A stretch of 64,000 nucleotides of DNA from the human T2T-CHM13v2.0 reference genome, Homo sapiens: NCBI RefSeq assembly GCF_009914755.1, contig NC_060930.1, one strand, 5' to 3'. The translations under genes were made by a program, and so were the position numbers. The notes beneath the pieces were generated by a model that saw only the letters and a list, made by a program, of their open reading frames with translations, had not been told where the DNA came from and did no database searches. Of this stretch, positions 1 through 13,429 are shown piece after piece (position 1 is the stretch's first letter; each line of letters starts with the position of its first letter).

Positions 1-1075
1 TTTTGACATGATCTTAATCATTTTTGATAGATTCCCTGTTCTTGGGCATTCAGTGAATGACAATAGTATACTGAAACGAATTAAGATAAAAACCAATTGC
101 TTAGAGCTAGATAAAAATTTACAAGTTAATAATTTTATCATTAAAATAATATTTATAATGAAGATGTCTTTCAAGATATTAATTTGCCAAATACTTGATA
201 GTTAAATAAAGAAAAAGTCAGTGAAAACATTTTTAGTAAGATATGTGTGAGAAGGATACTGAGTAGCACTTGCAATCTGGACTGGATGGCTATTTTTCTT
301 CATGGAGATGGAAAGGTGCCACAACAAAGGTAGTGCTAAGGTGAATATTTCTCCTCTGTGATGAAAAATAACTCACAAAATTGGCTTCTTTGTTAATTTT
401 TTTTCAAAACCAAACACTCAGATCATCAACAGCAAACAAAATTGTGAATGTTTTTACTGCACACAATAAAAATGCTACGATGAAATTGAAGCTTGCTTGT
501 TGGATGAAGAAAGCTGATTGTGAGGACCTCGAGTTCTTGGAATCTTTAGTTCATTTACAAGTTATGAAAATAACAGCTTCGGTTGAAAAACAACAGCATT
601 GCTTATCTTTCCTTTGATGTAGATTGCACCTGGCTGAGCACTACTCTAGGAAATGAAGTGTTCTCCCTTGTACCTTTAGTAGCCTTCAAGATCTGGGAAA
701 GTCAGTGCAAACCTCTACTGGTGGCCCTGGAGGTAAGAAGAGTAGGCAAAGAGAATGATTTAGCAGGTAGCTAGAATTCTAGGTTAAGAGATAAAGACAT
801 CTGGGCAGAAATGAGGGTGTCACATAGAAGACAGTGAGGAGGTCAAGCTGGTAAGAAGTACAGACTCATTTGTTTATCAATATATTCCACTGAGCATTTC
901 TACTACTTTGGAATATCAGCCTCTAAGACAGTAAAAGTAGGATGTATATACTATCTTAGCTAAGGTAGACCTGGATAAATTAACAGAGTTACTGACTGAG
1001 ACAGAAAGAAAAAAAATAGTGAACAAACTTGTTTTCCAATTCCAGCTCCTCTCCTCTTTTGTCCTACTCAAAACT

Positions 1076-1246
1076 GTTGGAACTGTACACCTACTTCACA
1101 TTTTTCAATCAGCAGGGCAAAACCATTTATAGTGTCATGACTATCATTAAGGAAAAGAAAGAGACAGAGACATTGACAGACACACACACGCAAACACACA
1201 CAGAGAGAGAGAGAGAGAGAGAGGGAGAAGGGAGAAGGGAAGGGTA
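1076..1246 (+). repeat. Copy A of a local ~170-bp duplication (unique ~105 bp plus CA/GA microsatellite)
   Basis: GTTGGAACTGTACACCTACTT...GTCATGACTATCATTAAGG.AAAGAAAGAGACAGAGACATTG aligns with 1830-2022. Confidence 0.9.
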
Positions 1247-1504
1247 AGAAAAGCAAAGAAAGGGCCAAGCATAGAAAATAGCAGAGTATATATGGTAAAG
1301 GTAAGTAATGTTTCATAAGATAATTGTTTCTATTTTCCATATGTGCTCATATAAACACATACACAACACAGATATGTATGTGTGTATGTTGGATTGTGAC
1401 ATGAAATATATTTTTAGTATGGTCTTGGTCAAAAAAATTGAATGCCACTGCTAATGAATGTTGTGGATCTTTGACATTCCGAAAAAAAAATGCTTAATAT
1501 TAAA

Positions 1505-1658
1505 ATTTTTTTTTTAGAGGTAAGATCTCATTCTGTTGCCCAGGCTGGCATGCAGTGGCACAATCATAGCTCACTGCACGTCAGACTGCTGGGCTGAAGA
1601 GATCCTCCTGCCTCAGCCTCCTGAGTAGTTATATAGGTGCAAGCCACCACACCAGGCT
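1505..1658 (-). mobile_element. Alu monomer (FRAM/AluJ right-arm-like)
   Basis: T-run, then TCTCATTCTGTTGCCCAGGCTGG...CCTCCTGCCTCAGCCTCC...CCACCACACCAGGC. Confidence 0.85.
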
Positions 1659-1829
1659 TGAGAGGAAGTTTTCAAGGGAAAGAATGACTTGCAGATCACC
1701 TCCTTCTTGAACTGTCCCTCTTTTCCTCTTTCAGGCAGACACAGGCAGGGTCCCTTAGGCTTTTGCTGTAAGTAATGACAAATTACTGGAGAAGTCAGAT
1801 CCAGAATGTACATATTGTTGCTTTTGATA

Positions 1830-1934
1830 GTTGCAACTGTACACCTACTTTGCATTTTTCAGACAGCAGGGCAAAACAAATGATAGTCATGACTATCATT
1901 AAGGCAAAGAAAGAGACAGAGACATTGGCAGACA

Positions 1935-1988
<54 letters not shown>

Positions 1989-2022
1989 CAGACAGAGGGA
2001 GAAAGGAAGAAAGGGGAAAAGT
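1830..2022 (+). repeat. Copy B of local duplication with expanded (CA)n(GA)n
   Basis: About 88% identical by eye to 1076-1180 in the non-microsatellite part. Confidence 0.9.
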
Positions 2023-2294
2023 GAAAATGATACTGTGTTGCTTCTGATAGTTTGTAATTCCAGATTAAGTTACTAATCTTCCATAAATAGGTCAAAAAAT
2101 ACACAGTGAAGAATTCAGGTGTGTAACAAAACAACATCAAAAACAACAAATAAGAGGTGGCAAAAGAATATTTTGTTCGTATTTTCCAGTCAAGTCTCTA
2201 CTTTGATTGGGTGCTAACTTTTGAAGAGACCAAGGTTAGTTTTTACAAAGCAACAATAAGAGTCCAAGAACCAACGGTCCCAAATCAAATGAGC

Positions 2295-2415
2295 TGCCTG
2301 ATATTAGTGCAGATCCCTAGGCCCCAGTCCCAAGGTATTGAATGGCTAGGCTTGGAAATCTGCATTTTCAAACAAGCTTTTCATGTGTTGCTTACACTAT
2401 AATTCGGGGACTAGA
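2295..2415. mobile_element. MER5-type hAT-Charlie fragment
   Basis: TGCAGATCCCTAGGCCCC...GGAAATCTGCATTTTCAAACAAGC, MER5-like motifs. Confidence 0.5.
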
Positions 2416-3758
2416 GTATTTAATAGACTAGGCCCTTGCTCTCAACAAATATTTGCTGAATGCCGGTACTTGGATTCTGATGACAGGTATCTATAAAAGC
2501 CTGTGGAGTTCTCAACATACTTCCAGAGCAGGAGCGTAATTCTGTGGGTGAAACTCGCCCCACAGTCCTCACCTCATGCTTTTGCTCCATCTCAGTTTTG
2601 CTGGGCACAACCTGTTTATTTCACATTCTTTCTCTTCTGTAGTTGCAAGGAACCTGAAGAGTGATTAAAAACTGCACACATCCAGATACCTAGAAAAGTG
2701 TCTTCTTCTTCCCAGGCAGCCCCTCTAGGCAGCTCCTTGGGCCCCTGGGAGATGAAAATCCCTGATCCCAAATCCTCAAAGGGAACTTACCTTGGCCAAA
2801 GCCCATAAGCCACACCCTTTCAAGGCTAAATGTCAATGATTGCATAAGCATACTTCACAACTGCATTAACAGCAAGAGGAACCAGGGCATTCTGTGACCT
2901 TCCAAGGAACCCACTCTTTGTTTTCCCAACCTTCAATCAAATTTAATATTTGTGCAGATTCTTTACCCCAGGTATGTTTTACACAGTTTTTCCACCCCTG
3001 GTACTTTTCAGGTTCAATCTCTGTGATATTTACCTCTCCTTCTTGCTCCTGCTGCTTAAACTCACAGGAGTGTGATTAATTTGCTCTTTTTAGCACCCAA
3101 ATGACTATTTGGGAATGAATTAGATATGCTCAGTAGCTAGAACCAGGGATTGGGATACATTGGTTTAGCCACTCCTTTTTGTCAGATTGTTAGCATGGCT
3201 GGTGCCAAGAGCCATCCAGGCTCAAGGAGGTGAGAAAGTTAAGGGAAGGAAATCCCCAAAGTTCATGGTGAGGACACAGCAAAATAAGGACTCCATCCCA
3301 TCCCCTTAGGTAAAAAGCCACAAGCTGCAAGGTGCCAAAGACCAATTAGTAGTTGTTGCAGAGCTCTCCGACTGAATTGCACATTCTTGTAAACTACTGT
3401 CAGTGCCAGTACACTCTCAAATGGGACCACACCCTTTTCTTTAAGCTAGTGATTTTGACTACCTATTTTTGGTGTCTTCTGCATTTCCTTCAAATCTCAG
3501 AATCCCTGGGAGCTTGTAAGGAACATTTAGTAACCCCATCCCCGTCGCTACCCTCAATGGTCCTGCCTTTCGGAGATATCATACCATTTTCCTTTTCTCA
3601 ATGAAAGCAAGAAAATGCTGGTTTGGGGAAATGAGAGTCGAATGAATCATTCTGAAAAATACCATAAAGCAACTGGAGATGATTTTCAGGTTAGCTTGGT
3701 TAATAACTCTTGTAATTCTCAAGCACTAAGAAAGAGTTAGCCGATAAAATGAGTTTGG

Positions 3759-3806
3759 CCAGGTCAGAATGAATTCTAGCCACCAGGTCAGAATGAATTC
3801 TAGCCA
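3759..3806 (+). repeat. Perfect 2 x 24-bp tandem repeat CCAGGTCAGAATGAATTCTAGCCA
   Basis: Read directly: 3759-3782 and 3783-3806. Confidence 0.95.
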
Positions 3807-4104
3807 CAAGGCAATAAAGTTTTGCCCAGCAGTGGAAAACTAGCCTGCAAATGTGCCATAATCTTCAAGGCTGCTTATCTGCATAAGGCTTTTGTTGTTT
3901 TTAAAACACAGAATTGTGCTACTCCCACAAAAAAACTCTCATCCTTTTCTACCTTCTCATTCCCACTCCCACTTCTGCTGTCTGTAATCTTAAGCAAATG
4001 GGTTGTTTTTTTCTTTTTTTTTCTCCTAAATAATCCAATTTACCTCTTAACATGTCAAAAAAATTGTTTTAACCATTTTAAAAATAAATGTTTATCAAAA
4101 AGTT

Positions 4105-4225
4105 TGGAATTTGCAGTCATAGGCATGAATTCAAATCTCAAGCTATTGAGCTACCATCACATTACTTAACCTCTTTGAACCCTGGTTTCCTTATTATAAA
4201 ATGAGAAAAAGAATGTCTATTCAAG
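4105..4225 (+). mobile_element. MIR (resumes about 4743-4780 after the MLT1 insertion)
   Basis: TTACTTAACCTCTTTGAACCCTGGTTTCCTTATTATAAAATGAG, MIR core. Confidence 0.7.
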
Positions 4226-4742
4226 GCAGATACCACTAGTTACCTGCCCAATATTCACACTAGCTTTCTTCCTACTAACAGAATTCTGATTTTGGCAATA
4301 GGCCTGGTCAAAACAAAACAAAACATAACAAAGCAATCTTTAGTTCCTCCAGCTCCCTGGCAGATAGAGGTTGCTATGTGACACCTCTGGGGCTAATGAA
4401 ATACATGAACACACAGTCATAAGGTGATTGTGTAAGCAACACCAAATAACAGGACAAACCTAGCCGGGTAGCTAGCTGCCTTGTGCCTTTGTTCTTCCTC
4501 TCCTTCCATCCTGGAAGTTGCTAACAATGTCTGGAAGTAGAACAGCCATCTATGTCCAAAGAGAGAAGGGCCACAGTTCATGATGAAAGAGCAGAAAGGC
4601 AGGACTTGAGGTCTCTGCAGTGGCCCCAGATTGTCCAGCTGTAGTCTACTGTTAATGTTTGGAAAATAAACACCATGTTTGATCAAGGCACTTTAGGTGG
4701 ATGTCTGTGATGTGCAGCTGAATACTATCCCTAACTGATACA
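4226..4742 (+). mobile_element. MLT1 (J/K-like) MaLR LTR
   Basis: Typical 3' end AAATAAACACC...GCAGCTGAATACTATCCCTAACTGATACA. Confidence 0.7.
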
Positions 4743-5029
4743 CTGTTTCATGGAACTGGTGTGAAAATTGAAGATGTTAAACCACCAAACTATGGGAATG
4801 TGCATATCCCTGAAGGATGATGCTTAACATATTTCATTTGAAGCATGTATATTATACTCCCCCTAAAATGATAAAAGAGAACACAGAAAATTTTTAACTT
4901 TTCCTGAATCCCTAAGGGCCTGATTATGAACACTTAGCATAAACCTCTTAAAATTACTTTAAAGTAGGCAGGGATAAACATGATTAAAAGAAGTATTTTA
5001 TTGTTGCTATAGAACGGGGTGCTCCATAA

Positions 5030-6072
<1,043 letters not shown>

Positions 6073-6129
6073 TTATGGAAACAGATATTGATATGGAGAT
6101 TGCCCATGTGTTTCTTTCAGTGATCACAG

Positions 6130-8500
6130 TGAACAGAACAGAACCCTTTGAAGATCCCCCCCTCCAATGGACATAGAGCTGTCAAAGCTAAAAATGAACC
6201 TTTTATTTAAGCTGCTGAGATTTGAGGGAAATTTGTTTCCACAGGATTATCTATCTTATCCTGAAATGATATAGAACTTAGATCCTAAGAGAAAGGTGCT
6301 GCTTTAATAATAAAACAAACCCTAAAATAAGTGGCATTGGCTTAAGAGCTGGTCAGAAGGAATCAAGCAAACTATTACTGAAGCCTGGAAGAATGGAAAT
6401 TATTTTTCTAGTGGGGAAAAGTTTGGTAAGACTATTCCCTACAGTAATTTGGAGGCAAAAGGCATATCTAACTTTGGGGAAGAGGTTGAAAACAGATTAT
6501 CATTACTGTTTATTGCCTATTATTAATTGTATTTAATAAGACATTGTAAGAAAAAGATATATTCAGAGAAGACTTGGTCAGTTTGTAAGGGTAGATGAAA
6601 GAGATTTAGAGAGTCTACAAAGTCAAGAACTTATAAGGTTGGAAAAGGCAACTGCTTCTCAGTCTAAAAAATGAAAGGTAAAATCGATCCTTTGAGCAAC
6701 AAAAGCACATTAAAACTCAGCTTTGTGGCAAGGATCAGATCACTGGTCATGAATTAGGGTATGGTGCCCAGTAATTCCTTCAGTTAGACCAAATGGCCCA
6801 GAATGACTTAAATTGGCTCATGGGAAAAGGCGTAGCTGTCACTGCTAGGCTCAAGGAACCTATAATTAGGGGAGAGGGGACAGAGGGAGAAAAGGGAGAG
6901 GCAGGGAAAACAGAACTGCTGGGGCAAGAAAACACAGAAATATGGCAAAGAAGTAAATCTAGAAAGAAACATGGGAGTAAGTCAGAAGACAACCAAGGTT
7001 AATTTTGTAAGAGTTTTACTGCTAAACAAAGGCTCTAACCTGGATTAAATGTGATTGTTGCAATTTGAGACTTAACATGGCTCTTGGACTCTGCACCATT
7101 TATAGGCAGGAAGCAGGGTGCCTATTCAGAGAAGGCTGAAAGAGGACTTTCCCAAAGGGAGAATCCGAGAATCACGGAGATCAGTGGACAGGGGAGCTCC
7201 TTTCAGGAAATCCAGCCTATTCAAGGAACATTTCCAATCCTCTGGGTAGGAGGTTTAAAACATCTGCCTAGTCTAATATTGAAAGGCCAATGACTGCTAA
7301 TGACAGGCCAATGACTGCCATATGTTTCCCATTCTTCTGCTTTTTAATGTGAGTATTTGTTGAAGGTATCTTGACTCTGTTCTACTACTGGATAATGTGT
7401 GAGTGGGAGGTGGGAGGGCCAGGTCTCTGGATCAAAAGGAGATATACACAGACCTATTTTACAGGCTCCTTCACATTATCCCCTGACATAAAGACTACCA
7501 TGCGTCATCCAGGGATCCTGGGTTTTGAAATTGATGCCATCACTGAGACTTTTGAGTTTTCTTCCCTCAGAGGAAAGTGAATGAATGCATTTTGTACATG
7601 GGAAGAAAGATGAAGGAAATACTTCATGCCCTGAAGTGAAGACTGCAATTATCATTAGTACTATTCACCAAATATTTCTGCTTTACTGCCTCATGACAGG
7701 ATTGCACTTCCCCTCCCCATCTTTTAAAGGTAGGCATAACTATGTAACTTGCTTTGGCTAATTAAATGTGAACAGAAGTGATGTGTGTCTTTTCTGAGTA
7801 TCATTTTTTTTTATTGCAGCAAAAAAACACATAACATAAAATTGACCATCTTAGCCATTTTTAGTATATAGTTCAGTAGTGTTAAGTAAATTCCCATTGT
7901 TGTGAAGCCAATCTCCAAAACCTTTTCATCTTGCAAAACTTAAAACTCTATACCCATCAAACAACTTCCCTTTTCCACCTCCTCCAGCCGTTGGTAACCA
8001 CCATTCTACTTTCTGTGTCTATGCATTTTACTACTCTATGTCTCTCACATAAGTTAAATCATACAGTATTTGTCTTTTTATTGACTCGCTTCTTTCACTT
8101 AGCATAATGTCCTTAAAGTCCATTCATGTGGTAGTATGTGACAGAATTTCCTCTGTTTTTTGAGGCTGGGTAATATTCCATTGTATGAATATACCATATT
8201 TTATTTATCTGTTCATCCATCAGTGGACATTTGGATTGCTTCTACCTCTTGGCCATTGTGAATAGTGTTGCTATGCTGAGCACCATCATTGAGAACCAGT
8301 GCATGATTCACCATACTGCCCCCTTTTTTTGCTGCCATGAGCAAGGAAGCACATGCAAAGATGTGCTTCTCTCCACCTGGGCGTTTGAATTATTAAAATG
8401 AGCAGAGCTCCCAACTGACCCAAGATGGACATGTAGAGTGAACGAGAAATAAGCCTTCGCTGTTTTGAAGCCACAGAGATTTGGGGATCCTTTTTCTTTT
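6130..8500 (+). mobile_element. MLT1 (H/I/J-like) MaLR remnant: LTR end, internal region (about 6273-7640), 3' LTR (about 7640-8500) split by L1MB
   Basis: LTR ends TTTAAGCTGCTGAGATTTGAGGG (6217) and AAGCCACAGAGATTTGGGG (8468); MaLR-int-like CCTAAAATAAGTGGCATTGGCT. Confidence 0.6.
7805..8275 (-). mobile_element. L1MB 3' end, 5'-truncated
   Basis: ACATAACATAAAATTGACCATCTTAGCCATTTTTAG...; diverged TSD CTGAGTATCAT 7794-7804 / CTGAGCACCAT 8276-8286. Confidence 0.85.
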
Positions 8501-8802
8501 CCTAGTGAAAACTGATAAGGTTTAAAATTAAAACTTGACTCTTCCAAAGTTTGCAGAGAACTTTGATGAGAGACTCCCATAATGGAGAAGGCTGATGTAT
8601 TTGAGCCCTATAGTTCTCTTGTGTCCTGCAGTTACACCTTCTTCTTGAATCTGTGGGGGTGGGAGGGTAGGGAGGATGGCCATACCCATAGCTTCTCCTT
8701 CTTTAACTGGCCAAAGTCTGGAGAAATCTCAAATCCTGTTTTCTCATTCCTCATCCATTTATCTCATTTTCTGTACACTGGATTGGCAACTTTATTACAC
8801 GC

Positions 8803-9282
8803 TGTATTTGATAGGATTAGCTTTGGCTGTAAGTATGAAAACTCCCAAGTAACAGTGGGTAGGAAAATAGAGTTAATATTTTCCCTCACATTAAAAACAC
8901 AGGGTTGATACAGTGGTTCCACAACTAACTGAGACACACTTTTCTGTCTCATTACTCTTTCACCTTCATTACGCACCTTCTGTATCTTGGCTGAAGATGT
9001 CTTATCCACCTTCATTCCTCATATGTTCATTTTGGCCAGCAGGAAGGATAAATGATAAATGCCCTCCCTCTTTAAGGCAACTTCCGGAAGCTGCACATAT
9101 CACTTCCATTTACATCCCATCATAGAATTTAGTCACATCAAAGGAAGTGGAGAAACATGGTCTTTATTCTGGGCAATGATATTCCCAGTTTTTAGTAAAT
9201 GACATGGATATTTATAGTGATATTCCCAGTTTTTAGTAATACTTGTGACGAAGAAGAACATTAGTATTGAAGTGTAATTAGC
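8803..9282 (-). mobile_element. MLT1J-like LTR (continues about 10166-10400 as LTR edge plus internal sequence)
   Basis: CACTTCCATTTACATCCCAT...AGAATTTAGTCACAT...TCTTTATTCTGGGC motifs. Confidence 0.65.
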
Positions 9283-10160
9283 TGTGGTAGGTAGAATAAT
9301 TTTCCCCCAAAACATCCTAATACTAGAATGTTTCTGTAAATATATTACCTTTCATAGGAAAAAGGATTTTGCATATGTGATTAAGGCAAGGACCTTTAGA
9401 CAGGCAGATTATCCAGGATTATCCCTGTAGGCCCAATCTAATCACATACATTCTTAAAAGCAGATAATTTTTTCCAAGCTATGGTAAGAAGGGAGCTAAG
9501 ATGAGGGTCAGAGATTCCATGTGAAAAGGACTCAACCCACCACTGCTGGCTTTGAGGAGGAAGAAAGGGAACCATTAGCCAAGGAATGTAGTTGCCCTTT
9601 AGAAACTGGAAAATGCAAGGATATAGATTTTCTCCTAGGATCTCCAGAAAGTAACTCAGCCCAGCTAACACCTAATCTTAGCCCAGTGAGGTCCATGTCA
9701 AACTTCTAGTCTATAAAACTGAAAGATAATAAATTTTTGTTGTTTAAGCCAGGAGTCCCCAATCCTCGGGCCATGGGTCCATGGCCTGTTATCTGTTCAT
9801 TCATCTGTTATCTGTTAGGAACTGGGCTGCACAGCAGGAGCTGAGTGGCAGGTGGGCATTACTGCCTGAGCTCCACCTCCTGTCAGATGAGTGATGACAT
9901 TAGATTCTCATAGGAGCATAAGCCCTATGGTGAACTGCATATGTGAGGGATCTAGGTTGCATGCTCCTTATGAGAATCTAATGCCTGATGATCTGAGGTG
10001 GAACAGTTTCATCTTGAAACCATCTCCCATCCCACCCTTGAGTCCGTGAAAAGATTGTCTTCCACAAAACCAATCCCTGATGCCTAAACAGTTGGGGACC
10101 ACTGGTTTAAGTCACTAAGTTTATGGCAATTTGTTATGACAGCATTCGAAAAATAATACA
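9283..10160 (+). mobile_element. MLT1D LTR
   Basis: TGTGGTAGGTAGAATAAT start, AAAATAATACA end, 5-bp TSD TTAGC (9278-9282, 10161-10165). Confidence 0.9.
9750..10104. mobile_element. MER1B hAT-Charlie MITE inside MLT1D
   Basis: TIRs CAGGAGTCCCCAA / TTGGGGACCACTG; 8-bp TSD GTTTAAGC 9742-9749 / GTTTAAGT 10105-10112. Confidence 0.9.
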
Positions 10161-10411
10161 TTAGCAGCTTCAGCCACAATGCCCTCCACTTTGGCCACCC
10201 AAATATTCATACTGTTTTTTTGACACATAGAACATACTCACCTTCTGTCCAAAGCAGAAACCCATCCACATCTTCCAGTTACAGTGTTCAGCTCAAAGTC
10301 TAACACACCTCCAGGAAATAGTTAGTCCTTTCCATCAGGTCTGGATGTAGCTAAGTTATGTGCTAACCAAATACCTAATATACTGCAATGAAGTAGAAAG
10401 ATTCATTCTCT

Positions 10412-10551
10412 TTTCAGTAACTTTTTTTTAAGATAGAGACAGGGTCTTGCTATGTTGCCCAGGCTGTTCTTGAACTTCCAGGCTCAAGTGATCCTTCTGC
10501 TTGGGTCTCCCAAAATGTTGGAATTAGAGGCATGAGCCACTGTGCCCAGCC
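10412..10551 (-). mobile_element. FLAM-type Alu left monomer
   Basis: GAGACAGGGTCTTGCTATGTTGCCCAGGCTG...GAGCCACTGTGCCCAGCC; TSD-like TCATTCTCT on both sides. Confidence 0.85.
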
Positions 10552-11349
10552 AAAAACTCATTCTCTAGCACAAAGTTCCTTAATTTGCTCATTTAGCAGC
10601 CTTGATGACAGGGTTTCCTCTTTGGGATGATTAGCTATGGAAAACCATTACTTATCAGAATATGCAACTTCAGAAAGATACATACTCTGCCTAGCTTCAG
10701 GCCTCTACAAACTGTGACCCACAAAGGGTGGCTATACATGGACATTAGAAACTAGAGCTTCTCCCTAGATCTTTGATCTCATCTAGCATTCTGGCTAACA
10801 TCTCTTTCTGGACCAAAGAGAAAAGTATTGAATGAGGTTTCACATCTGCTTTTGACCCTAAAAGGAAACTAAAAGAAATTTTAGTTCAAAGGCATGGATC
10901 AACTGACTTTACATAAGAAGAGTTTAAAGAGCTTAAGCCCCACAATTTGAGAATCAGCATCATCCCTAGTGTTTGGGCCCATTTGTAAGAAATCAATTTG
11001 CTGCTTTTCCCTATATAGAGACCCCCTTCAGAATAAAGTGCCTAGTGTGTCAGTGTCTTTAGCCTGGAGAATTAATCTTCACCTTGGATACTGATCTACC
11101 CCTTCTTCTTTCTCAAATGTATAGAATCCCTGTATCCTGTTAATTTTTCTCCTCTATCAATATGGCAAAATTAAAATAAGTAGCATTCTGCTCCAGTTAG
11201 AATGTAGAAAGTTATGACAGTCACTCTCACTTTTAACTGGAAAAAAATTGGACAAACTAAGAAAATAATTTTTAAAATGACAGCTGTTAAATACAAAAAA
11301 TTCTAAAGGAACTAAATTCAAAAGAGGGGTCAAATCCTAGAAATTTATA

Positions 11350-12030
11350 TAAATACATAAGAATGATAGAAATGTAATCAAAGTTTTGAAAAATCACTCC
11401 AAAGTATTATTTTTCCAGCTGAAATAAAAATATTAAATTGATTTCTTAAAAACTATTCTTATTCAGTTAACTTTAGGCTTATGCTTGATATGAGAATATA
11501 ATTTAATGTAATTGCTAGTTTTTATTCAGTTTTTTTAGCACTTGACATAATTAATAATGGATCACATGATTTTTTTCAGCATAAATAATAAAATGTAAAC
11601 TATTCTTGTTTAATTCTCAAAGCCCAACTCACAAAAGCATGAGGAACAAATATAAACAACATCCACAGGCCAACAGCAACCCATAGCCATGAGCAGGCCA
11701 CTTCTTGAAATAGGAGTCTGAGATTCAGCCATCAAACAAGAGAAAGTCCTTGATTCACAGCTATCTATGTGCATAGTTTTGTAGCATTGATCTGGCATGT
11801 ATCTTGTGTACCTTTGGTGAATTCAGTGTCCATGCTGCTCATGTGATACCTCTCTCAAATCCAAAACCCAAAGAGAGGAATTAACTAGAATTAAGAAATG
11901 AGATTTTACCAGGTAGGGTTGAGCTTTGGCGGCCCATATACCATTGCAATATTAAGATTTTTTTGAGCATCCCCCAAGAAATAATTTTTGCCCAATTGAG
12001 TGTAATAGTGTACTCACTGGGAATGCATAA
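11350..12030 (-). mobile_element. MER113-like hAT-Charlie element, copy 1
   Basis: Reverse complement aligns with 14090-14830 (e.g. TGTGGATGTTGTTTATATTTG.TCCTCATGCTTTTGTG); family from recalled consensus. Confidence 0.7.
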
Positions 12031-12689
12031 TGTAAATGAATTTAAATCAATGATAGGACATATTTATACAATTAATATTTTGAATGTGTATTTGCAGGAC
12101 AGAAATATTTTCCTTTGAATTGTATGACTTTTTTTTTTAACATGTAACTTATATTTACAAGAGATAACTCCCCTTTGCCTGCCCCCCCCCCAAATTTCCC
12201 TAAGTTGATTACAGAAGTCGGTGACTCAAAACTCTTTTAATAGAAATTCACTTTGAAGCACACTTTTCCTAGGCACTTCAGGGATCATCTTGTGCTATAG
12301 TGTCCAGCCCCAGATCTTTGGGTAATTACAAAGGTAGTAATGGGTGTTGTAAACTATTTTTAATATTTCAAAATACCTAGAGAAAGTCCTACTCTTGCTG
12401 GAGTTTGTTTCCCTAACGTGCTCAGTCTTTGTTCTATAAAAACAGGACACTAATTCCCTGACATCTCCTTCCCGCCCATTCATGTACCCTGCCTTCTGCC
12501 TCCCACAGCTCCCCTTTTTTGTTTGCCACCATTCCTAACCCCCTTAGATATTCGTCAGAATTTTTAACAAAACAAAATTTACTGCTCAGTAAGTGAATTT
12601 TTCTAAATATAATATTTTGAAGTACAAGATTTATGGTTAAAAGTTATTAACAGGAGAGCTTAGTAGTGAAAATGTTTCAACTACTGATT

Positions 12690-12820
12690 TATTCTAACTT
12701 TCTACTGAGGTATAAAGAGGTCAAATGCATTTTCCAAGATCATCCAACTGGTTAATAATGGAGGCAGGATTAAGTCCCAAATTTCTGACTAAACCCTGTT
12801 ATATGTTTCACTACATTATT
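12690..12820 (-). mobile_element. MIR fragment
   Basis: ACTGAGG...AGAGGTCAAATGCATTTTCCAAGATCA. Confidence 0.55.
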
Positions 12821-13429
12821 GCTGTCCTCAGCAGGAACAACGCTAAACACTTGTACCATAAATGGCATGAAGGCCATTTTCTGTGGATGGAGGTTAGTGG
12901 TTGCCTTACCCATTTCCCATGGATAAGGCTTGTGAGAGCTAATTTTGCCTACTTGGTGTATGCCAGGGTACTGTCTTCAGCCCAGAGCACAGCAGAAGGC
13001 TGAAGTGCAAAATGCTGGTGCAGCATTTTTGACAGATCCTGAAAGCAAGCCTTTGTTGTCTGTGACTGCTGAGTTGTGCTATGATAATTGTGGTTCACAA
13101 TGATGTCCCTAAGGCACTACAAGTTTTTAGGATGTGATCTGAAGTATCGAAAAGTAGTTATATTTAGAACAGTCTTAGTATTCACTACATATGATGGCAT
13201 TCTAAGGTGACAATATGGCAACCCACACAATTTATTTAATTGGACTTTAAAATAAGATTCGTGGAATATAATTTAGTAGAAGAATCAAGGTATACAGTCA
13301 TATTACTTGCTATTATAGTTTATACTTGTAATAGTTTTACTTTTGCCTCATCAAGGCTTTGCTGACTATTATGGTATGGATGTCATTCACTCTTTACCTC
13401 TTTGAATTACTCAAGTTCATTAAAACACA

